DNA from: Treponemataceae bacterium
Lineage (GTDB): Bacteria > Spirochaetota > Spirochaetia > Treponematales > Rectinemataceae
NCBI GenBank assembly: GCA_963677895.2
Contig: CAXXGJ010000014.1
Span: 1-14,152, forward strand
Direction: 5' to 3'
DNA: 14,152 nucleotides
Under the pieces are notes generated by a model. The model saw only the letters and a list, made by a program, of their open reading frames with translations. It did no database searches and was not told the origin of the DNA. Positions within the stretch are counted from its first letter, which is position 1. Every line of letters starts with the position of its first letter. This document shows, piece after piece, positions 7,979 to 14,152 of this stretch. Position numbers and translations under genes: made by a program.

Positions 7979-9289
7979 ATGGCAGAAACGAAAGAAAAGA
8001 AGGGGCTTTTTGGCTGGTATTTCAAGACCAACCTTCTCATCCGGATTCTCATCGGCCTCGTGCTGGGCGCCATCGTGGGTATCATCCTGGGATTCTTCCC
8101 CGATTCGGTAAAAGTCTTCGTTGACAATTCCAAATTCTTCGGCGATCTCTTCATCAGGCTGTTGAAGATGATGATCGTGCCGGTTATTCTTTTCTCCCTC
8201 ATCGCGGGCGCCGCGAGCATCGATCCCGGCCGTCTGGGAAGAATCGGCGTCAAGATCATGGTGTACTACCTCTTCACGAGCGCCTTCGCCGTCGTCGTGG
8301 GACTTATCTTCGCCAATATCTTCCAGCCTGGCGTCGGCTTCAATGTCGTGGGGACCGCGGCCGTGCAAGGTAAAGCGGCGGCTGTGCCTACGGTTTCGCA
8401 GATCATACTCAACATCGTTCCGACCAATCCCATCGACTCCCTCGCCAAGGGCGACGTCTTGCCGATCATCTTCTTCGCCGTGGTCTTCGGCATCTCGCTC
8501 TCCTACATCAAGGATTCGGCCAATAAATCCCTGGCCAAGAGCGGCCAGATGCTTCTCGACGTGATCAACGCCGGAGCCGAGACCATCTACAAGGTCGTGA
8601 CCGGCATCATGCAGTATGCCCCGATCGGCGTATTCGTCCTTATCGCGCAGGTCTTTGCCCAGCAGGGCGCCAAGGCTATAGGCCCCCTCCTGGTCGTGAC
8701 CTTGGCCGTCTATCTCGGCCTGATCGTTCAGGTCGTCGTCGTCTACGGCGGCTTCCTGGCTGTATTCAAGCTGGGGCTGTGGAAATTCCTTAAAGGCGCC
8801 AACGAGGCGATGCTCACGGCCTTCGTGACCCGTTCCTCCAACGCCACGCTCCCCGTCACCATGCGCTGCGCAGAGGAAAATCTCGGCATTCCGCGCAAGA
8901 TATGCTCCTTCACGCTGCCCCTGGGCGCCACGATCAATATGGACGGCACGGCTATCTACCTCGGCGTATGCGCGATATTTATCGCGAACGCCATCGGCAG
9001 GCCGCTGACGATGAGCCAGCAGGGCATGGTCGTCCTGACCGCCACTCTCGCCAGCATCGGCACGGCGGGCGTCCCCGGCGCCGGCGCCATCATGCTTCTC
9101 ATGGTCCTCGAATCCATCGGCCTCAAGGTGACCGAAGGTTCCGATGTCGCGGCCGCCTACGCCATGATCCTGGGCATCGACGCCCTTCTCGACATGGGCC
9201 GGACCAGCATCAACATCACGGGCGATATCGTCGGTTCCGCCATCGTCGCGAAGAGCGAGAAAGAACTCGACATGACGAACTGGAAATAA
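7979..9289 (+). CDS. Dicarboxylate/amino acid:cation symporter (DAACS), GltPh/GltTk-like probable Na+/aspartate symporter
   Basis: [70 protein letters not shown]. Confidence 0.93.
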   Translation: MAETKEKKGLFGWYFKTNLLIRILIGLVLGAIVGIILGFFPDSVKVFVDNSKFFGDLFIRLLKMMIVPVILFSLIAGAASIDPGRLGRIGVKIMVYYLFTSAFAVVVGLIFANIFQPGVGFNVVGTAAVQGKAAAVPTVSQIILNIVPTNPIDSLAKGDVLPIIFFAVVFGISLSYIKDSANKSLAKSGQMLLDVINAGAETIYKVVTGIMQYAPIGVFVLIAQVFAQQGAKAIGPLLVVTLAVYLGLIVQVVVVYGGFLAVFKLGLWKFLKGANEAMLTAFVTRSSNATLPVTMRCAEENLGIPRKICSFTLPLGATINMDGTAIYLGVCAIFIANAIGRPLTMSQQGMVVLTATLASIGTAGVPGAGAIMLLMVLESIGLKVTEGSDVAAAYAMILGIDALLDMGRTSINITGDIVGSAIVAKSEKELDMTNWK

Positions 9290-9316
9290 GAACCAGTCCT
9301 CATTCTCGCGATCGCC

Positions 9317-9354
9317 GGCCGGGCCGCCTCCATGGGAGGTCGCCCGGCCTTTTT
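9317..9354 (+). terminator. Intrinsic terminator after the transporter gene
   Basis: GGCCGGGC-c-GCCTCC / loop ATG / GGAGGT-c-GCCCGGCC followed by TTTTT. Confidence 0.85.
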
Positions 9355-9360
9355 ATTGTT

Positions 9361-9437
9361 TCTGCATATATTATGCAGAAAATATGCATAATATGACAAA
9401 AACCCCTTGATTTATTCTAAATATATGCATAATATGC
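9361..9437 (+). promoter_or_regulatory. argG promoter with ARG-box-like (ArgR) operator repeats
   Basis: Palindrome TCTGCATA-tat-TATGCAGA (9361-9379); TGCA at 9363, 9374, 9385 and 9426; direct repeat ATATGCATAATATG (9382-9395, 9423-9436); TTGATT (9407-9412), 17 bp, TAATAT (9430-9435). Confidence 0.72.
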
Positions 9438-9442
9438 TTTCC

Positions 9443-9526
9443 ATGATGTTCGGACCCGATAATTCTTCCTTTCTTCCTCAATCCCGCCCCGAAACCCGCT
9501 TCGAGGCCCGTCTCCGTCGTCGCTAA
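9443..9526 (+). CDS. Putative arginine-rich leader peptide (27 aa, MMFGPDNSSFLPQSRPETRFEARLRRR)
   Basis: ATG 7 nt after the -10 box with no SD; six Arg codons, ending CGT CTC CGT CGT CGC TAA; stop is 69 nt upstream of argG. Confidence 0.68.
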   Translation: MMFGPDNSSFLPQSRPETRFEARLRRR

Positions 9527-9595
9527 CAATTTATTTCAGCGCTTTCGGCGTTGGAAAGACGCTTTCCCCAGAAAATGTATCGTAAGGAGTAAGCC

Positions 9596-10873
9596 ATGAA
9601 AAAGAAAATCGTACTCGCATATTCGGGCGGCCTCGACACTACCGTCATCGTTCCCTGGCTCAAGGAAAATTATGACTGCGACGTGGTCGCGGCCTGCGGG
9701 GACGTCGGCCAGGAGGCCGACTGGGCTGCCATGGAAAAACGCGCCCTCGCTTCCGGCGCGATAAAGTTCATCAAGGTGGACCAGAAAGACGAGTTCGTGA
9801 AGGACTACCTCTGGGCTCTCGTGAAGTCGGGAAGCCCCTACGAGAAGAAATATCTGCTTGGAACCTCGGCGGCGCGTCCCCTCCTCGCCAAGGGCCTGGC
9901 GCAGGTCGCCATCGCCGAGAAAGCCGACGCGATCGCCCACGGCTGCACGGGCAAGGGCAACGACCAGGTCCGCTTCGAGCTGGGCATCAAAGCCTTCGCC
10001 CCGGAGATGGAAGTGATAGCTCCCTGGAGAATATGGGACATCCAGAGCAGGGAAGAGGAAATCGAATACCTCGAGAAGAGGAACATCCCCGTGCCCATGA
10101 AGAAGTCCGACTCCTATTCCCGCGACGACAATGTCTGGCACATCAGCCACGAGGGTCTCGATCTCGAGAATCCTGCCAACGAACCCAAGTTCGAAGGCAT
10201 GCTCAAAATGTGCGTTCCCCCCGAACAGGCGCCCGACAAGGCCGAATACGTGACCATCGGCTTCGAGAAGGGCGTGCCCGTCTCGGTGAACGGCGAGAAG
10301 CTCGATCCCCTCTCCATCGTCAAGAAGCTCAACGTCATCGGCGGCAAGAACGGCGTGGGCGTCATCGACATGGTGGAAAACCGCGTCGTCGGCATGAAGT
10401 CCCGCGGCGTCTACGAGACGCCGGGCGGCACCATCATCATGGAAGCCCACGACAAGCTCGAGCAGCTCTGCCTCGACAGAAAGACGCTCTCCTTCAAGCT
10501 CACCGTGGCGCAGCGCTTCGCCGAGATCCTCTACGAAGGCGAGTGGTTCTCACCCCTCTGCGCGGCGCTCAACGCCTTCATCGATTCGACACAGGAAGTG
10601 GTGACCGGCAGCGTGACCGTAAAGCTCTACAAGGGCTCCATACTCTCGGCCGGCGCGACCTCGCCCTATTCGCTCTACGACGCGAGCCTCGCGAGTTTCA
10701 CGACGGGACCGCTCTTCTCCCACAAGGATTCCAGCGGCTTCATCAACCTCTTCGGCCTGCCCACCAAGGTGAGGGCGCGGCTCAACGCGCGCATCGCCGC
10801 CCACGGCACGGCCGCCGGCCCCGATGTGGTGAAACCGGGCTGTTCAGGCTATACTGCTCCAGCGGGCGACTGA
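9596..10873 (+). CDS. argG: Argininosuccinate synthase
   Basis: KIVLAYSGGLDTT, YLLGTSAARP, AHGCTGKGNDQVRFE, SRDDNVWHISHEG, ENRVVGMKSRGVYETPG; SD TAAGGAG. Confidence 0.98.
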   Translation: MKKKIVLAYSGGLDTTVIVPWLKENYDCDVVAACGDVGQEADWAAMEKRALASGAIKFIKVDQKDEFVKDYLWALVKSGSPYEKKYLLGTSAARPLLAKGLAQVAIAEKADAIAHGCTGKGNDQVRFELGIKAFAPEMEVIAPWRIWDIQSREEEIEYLEKRNIPVPMKKSDSYSRDDNVWHISHEGLDLENPANEPKFEGMLKMCVPPEQAPDKAEYVTIGFEKGVPVSVNGEKLDPLSIVKKLNVIGGKNGVGVIDMVENRVVGMKSRGVYETPGGTIIMEAHDKLEQLCLDRKTLSFKLTVAQRFAEILYEGEWFSPLCAALNAFIDSTQEVVTGSVTVKLYKGSILSAGATSPYSLYDASLASFTTGPLFSHKDSSGFINLFGLPTKVRARLNARIAAHGTAAGPDVVKPGCSGYTAPAGD

Positions 10874-10936
10874 TGTGACGACAAATGCCGAGCGTCGACG
10901 CGCCATGGGCGCGGGCGGTTCGGCATGAGATTGATA

Positions 10937-10967
10937 AGGGGAGGCGCCGCGCCTCCCCTCATTTTTT
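10937..10967 (+). terminator. Intrinsic terminator-like hairpin between argG and argH
   Basis: AGGGGAGGCG / loop CCG / CGCCTCCCCT (10-bp perfect stem) followed by CATTTTTT. Confidence 0.72.
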
Positions 10968-10984
10968 ATAAGGATGGTGCTGAA

Positions 10985-12466
10985 GTGGCTAAGCTATGGC
11001 AGGCCGCCGCGGGCGGCGTGGGGCTCCACCCCGACGTGGAAGCCTTTCTCTCTTCGCTTTCGGTCGATACGAGGCTCCTGGGCGAGGACATCGAGTGTTC
11101 GATAGCCCACGCGGCGATGCTGGGGAGGCAGGGGATTCTTCCGCCCGAGGAGTCGGCGTCGATATGCGCGGCGCTCGAGCTTATGCTGGCCGAGGCCGGG
11201 GATGGGAAGCTCGCCGTAGATCCGGAGAGCGAGGATATTCATTCCTTCATCGAGGCCGAGCTGACGAAGAGGCTCGGCGAGGCGGGGAAGGCCGTCCATG
11301 CCGGGAGAAGCCGGAACGACCAGGTGGCCGTCGCCTTCAGGCTGCACATTCTGAGGGCTTTCGACGCTACGGAGGGGGCGGCACTGGGCGCGCTGCGGGC
11401 TTTGCTCGGTCTGGCCGAGAATCATAGGGAAACGATCATGCCGGGGTATACGCACCTGCAGCGCGCCCAGCCGGTGACGCTCGCGCACCATTTGCTCGCC
11501 TGGTGCGCGGCCCTCGAGCGCGACTGCGGCAGGTTGCGGGACGGACGCGCGCGGGCGGACGAATGCCCGCTGGGCTCAGGCGCCCTCGCGGGATCGGGCC
11601 TGCCCACCGACAGGGAATTCACGGCCGCCGCCTTAGGGTTCGCGCGTCCGTCCCGCAACACCATGGACGCCGTCGCCGATAGGGACGCATGTTTGGACTA
11701 CGGGGCGGCCTGTTCCAGCATAATGGTCCACCTCTCGCGCGCCTGCGAGGATATCGCCCTCTGGGTATCCACCGAATATTCATTCATGAGCCTGAGCGAC
11801 GCCGCGAGCACCGGCTCGAGCATCATGCCCCAGAAGAGGAATCCCGATCCCGCGGAGCTTATACGAGGGAAGACCGCGAGGGTCTTCGGGGCGCTCCAGG
11901 CCCTACTCGTCATGCAGAAAGGCCTGCCCTATGCCTACAACCGCGATCTCCAGGAGGACAAGGAAATGTTCTTCGACATCGAGGACACCGTGATCGGGGC
12001 CCTGCGCGCCTTTGCCGTCCTCGTCTCCTCGCTCCAGCCCAATGTCGAAAAGATGCGGAAAGCGGTGGATGAGGGTTTCCTCGAGGCTACCGACATCGCC
12101 GAATATCTCGTGCTGGAAGGCCTGCCTTTCAGGACAGCGTATCAGGCGGCCAAGGCCCTCGTGAAACTCAGCCTCTCCTCCGGTAAGCGTTTCTCCGCGC
12201 TGTCTCTCGAGGAAATCCAGGCTAGCCATGAGGCTTTCGCCAAACCCGGCTTCGATCGGGAAGCCTTTATCGACTATCTCGAGCCCGCATCCTGCATGGC
12301 GAGGCGAAGACAGACCGGCGGCCCCGCGCCCGAACGCACCGGCGAGGAGGTCCAGCGTCTGTCGGCCTTTGTCGCCGCGAGACAGGCCTCCCTGGCCGCT
12401 CAAGCCGCCGCCCAGCTGGCCGCCCGGCCGGCTGCGCATCAGCCCGCGCGGAGCGCCTCGCTTTGA
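10985..12466 (+). CDS. argH: Argininosuccinate lyase
   Basis: MAKLW start (GTG 10985, SD AAGGATGG), EDIH, HAGRSRNDQ, MPGYTHLQRAQP, PLGSGALAG, fumarate-lyase signature GSSIMPQKRNPD, YNRDLQEDKE. Confidence 0.97.
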   Translation: MAKLWQAAAGGVGLHPDVEAFLSSLSVDTRLLGEDIECSIAHAAMLGRQGILPPEESASICAALELMLAEAGDGKLAVDPESEDIHSFIEAELTKRLGEAGKAVHAGRSRNDQVAVAFRLHILRAFDATEGAALGALRALLGLAENHRETIMPGYTHLQRAQPVTLAHHLLAWCAALERDCGRLRDGRARADECPLGSGALAGSGLPTDREFTAAALGFARPSRNTMDAVADRDACLDYGAACSSIMVHLSRACEDIALWVSTEYSFMSLSDAASTGSSIMPQKRNPDPAELIRGKTARVFGALQALLVMQKGLPYAYNRDLQEDKEMFFDIEDTVIGALRAFAVLVSSLQPNVEKMRKAVDEGFLEATDIAEYLVLEGLPFRTAYQAAKALVKLSLSSGKRFSALSLEEIQASHEAFAKPGFDREAFIDYLEPASCMARRRQTGGPAPERTGEEVQRLSAFVAARQASLAAQAAAQLAARPAAHQPARSASL

Positions 12467-13285
12467 AACCGGCCGAAGCGGCGGCGCCTGAGGCGCCCGA
12501 CGCGCTTTCTGGGGGGATCGCGCCCACCGCGCTCTCTGAGACTGCCGCGCCAGCTGAGATTGAGGCGCCCGCCGTTCTCCCCTGCATCCTCCTCGCCGCG
12601 GGCGCTAGCTCGCGGATGGGGCGGCCCAAGCTGCTGCTGTCTCTGGACGGCGAGCCCGTCGTTCGGAGAACAGCCCGAATCGCTCTCGCTCATTGCCGGC
12701 CGCTCATCGTCGTCACCGGGTTCGGGCGCGAGAACATCGAGGCGGCGCTGACTGGTCTCGACGATATCGTCTTCGTCCACAATCCTGACTGGAAAGAGGG
12801 AAGGGTGACTTCGGTCCTCGCCGGCATCGAAGCGCTTCCGATAGATTGTCCCGGTTTCTTCCTTCACCACGCCGACATGCCCTTCGTCGACGAGACGGTC
12901 TTCGCCGCCCTGAGCCGCGCCGCATCGTTGCAGCTCGCCGCCGCGGGGGCGCCCTGTCGCCCCCAATGCCCCCGTCGCTCTCGTCGCTCTCGTCGCGGGA
13001 CGAAACGGGAAGGCGGGCCATCCCGTCTATTTCCCCGCTTCCTATATTCCCGCCATCCAGGCCAAGCGGACCGGCGAAAAACTCATGGGCGTCCTCGCGG
13101 CCTTAGGCTCCCTCATTGTCGAAACCGGATGTGACGGCGTCCTGGAGGACATGGACAGCCCCGAGGAATACGCCGCCCTGGCCGCGAAATACGGCCTGAG
13201 CCCGGAAGCGGCAACCGCCCTGGGAGCGATTGCCGGCCCAGAGCCGCGCCCCAGCCCTGGGGATGTGGCCAAGGCCAAAGCATAA
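12463..13285 (+). pseudogene. MocA/MobA-like nucleotidyltransferase (NTP_transf_3) with one +1 frameshift near 12945-12954; probably an intact gene with a sequencing error
   Basis: Frame 1: ILLAAGASSRMGRPKLLL, HNPDWKEG, HADMPFV. Frame 2 continues ...GRNGKAGHPVYFP...DMDSPEEY to TAA 13285. TTG start overlaps the argH stop (TTGA). Confidence 0.8.
12973..12996 (+). repeat. 9-bp tandem repeat, about 2.7 copies of CGTCGCTCT
   Basis: cgtcgctct-cgtcgctct-cgtcgc; encodes VAL-VAL-VA in the restored frame. Confidence 0.8.
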
Positions 13286-13288
13286 GGC

Positions 13289-13304
13289 TATAATGGCGGC
13301 CATG
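13289..13304 (+). promoter_or_regulatory. -10 element with probable leaderless start for ybaK
   Basis: TATAAT (13289-13294)-ggcggcc-ATG (13302). Confidence 0.55.
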
Positions 13305-13795
13305 ACGCAGCAGGGCGAAAAAAAGCGGCGAAAAGACCAACGTGATCCGGCTTCTCGAAGCCGCGAACCTTCCTTTCGAAATCCTTCATTATAAAGTGGA
13401 CGAGGACCTCTCGGCGACCCACGCGGCGGAAAAGCTCGGGCTCGATCCGGACCAGGTTTTTAAGACGATCGTCCTGTCGGGCGAAAGGATGGGCCATTTC
13501 GTCTGCGTCATCCCCGGATCCTGCGAGATAGACCTGAAAAAAGCGGCCAAGGCCCTAGGCGACAAGAGCTGCTCCCTCCTCCCCTCTCAAGGAGCTGGAA
13601 CCCCTCACGGGCTACGTGAGGGGCGGCTGTTCCCCCATCGGCATGAAAAAGCGATTTCCCACCTTCCTCGACGAGACCGCCTTCCTCTTCGAGAAGATTT
13701 CCGTGAGCGCCGGCAGGAGAGGCATGCAGGCGCTGATCAGCCCCCGGCTTCTGCTCGACATCGTGGGAGCCGCCGCCGCCGATCTCATCGCCTGA
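13302..13795 (+). pseudogene. ybaK: Cys-tRNA(Pro) deacylase YbaK with two +1 frameshifts (A7 run 13318-13324; C4 run 13581-13584); probably sequencing errors
   Basis: Restored protein MTQQGEKSGEKTNVIRLLE...QVFKTIV...DLKKAAKA...LPLKELEPLTGYVRGGCSPIGMKK...VSAGRRGMQ; TGA 13793-13795. Confidence 0.87.
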
Positions 13796-13832
13796 TCCGC
13801 CCAAGCCGGATGCTTCCTGGCAGTCTTATCGT

Positions 13833-13917
13833 ACTGGATAAATATGCATAAAAATTACATAAATACGTAAAATCTGCGTCCCACCCCTTGATGCGACCCC
13901 TTCATCCCCGCTATTTT
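13833..13917 (+). promoter_or_regulatory. Tandem ARG boxes and putative carA promoter
   Basis: acTGGATaaatATGCAta (13833-13850), 3 bp, atTACATaaatACGTAaa (13854-13871); TTGATG (13888-13893), 18 bp, TATTTT (13912-13917). Confidence 0.65.
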
Positions 13918-14048
13918 AAACCGACACCGCCGCACCTGCCAAAGGACCTTCCAAAGGTTTATCCCGCGCACGGTATCCCAAGCATGGCGGTGTCGTACCG
14001 CCGCTGTTTTCGGAAGCCAGAAAGGAAAGCCGGCGGAAGGAGACAGTC

Positions 14049-14152
14049 ATGCATTCCCGGAAAAAATCCGCTCGCCTCGTCCTCGAAGACGGCACCGAGT
14101 TCGCCGGAACGGCCTTTGGGGCCACACGTTCCCTGCGCGGCGAAGTCGTTTT
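14049..14152 (+). CDS. carA: Carbamoyl-phosphate synthase small subunit, 3'-truncated by the window edge
   Basis: MHSRKKSARLVLEDGTEFAGTAFGATRSLRGEVVF matches the CarA N-terminus (AxLVLEDGT-F-G-xFG...GEVVF); SD AAGGAG at 14037-14042. Confidence 0.92.
   Translation, partial: MHSRKKSARLVLEDGTEFAGTAFGATRSLRGEVV

Noticed and set aside
10925..10984. Longest-ORF starts for argH (10925), opine dehydrogenase (5143), racemase (7824) and the E2-like gene (2193)
   Set aside because: The extensions run through a terminator, an upstream gene or untranslated/promoter DNA; the downstream starts have an SD or -10 support and match the family N-termini.
13317..13325. Slippery heptamer A AAA AAG in the ybaK start frame as a programmed -1 frameshift
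   Set aside because: A -1 shift runs into TGA within a few codons (KAAKRPT*); restoring YbaK needs +1, and a second independent shift is also required.
13342..13851. 169-aa ORF as a complete protein
   Set aside because: A chimera of the middle of YbaK and out-of-frame sequence after the 13581-13584 frameshift.
13984..14152. Arg-rich ORF MAVSYRRCFRKPERKAGGRR... upstream of carA as a second leader peptide
   Set aside because: No SD, not at the predicted TSS, and it runs out of frame far into carA; the Arg codons are explained by the GC-rich stems. Not fully excluded.

Overview
GC-rich bacterial chromosomal window, tentatively a free-living spirochaete (inferred from gene repertoire and style, not established). 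Left to right it holds: the 3' part of kbl; an FmdB zinc-ribbon gene; a stand-alone E2-like acyltransferase (minus strand); a tightly packed four-gene operon of unknown function (Ddl-like ATP-grasp ligase, a 629-aa DxHxxG cobalamin-binding protein, an opine dehydrogenase, a CmpX/MscS-TM membrane protein); an Asp/Glu racemase divergent from a GltPh-like transporter; and an arginine region (argG, argH, frameshifted MocA-like and ybaK genes, start of carA). Two observations stand out. First, an unannotated, apparently leaderless 27-codon ORF ending R-L-R-R-R lies between the argG promoter and argG, a candidate arginine-sensing attenuator. Second, the ligase/B12/opine dehydrogenase operon looks like an uncharacterised small-molecule pathway. 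Also seen: three -10/N7/ATG leaderless starts, ARG-box-like operators, a switch-like carA leader, and three +1 homopolymer frameshifts that are probably sequencing errors. No CRISPR array, rRNA, tRNA or mobile element was recognised.
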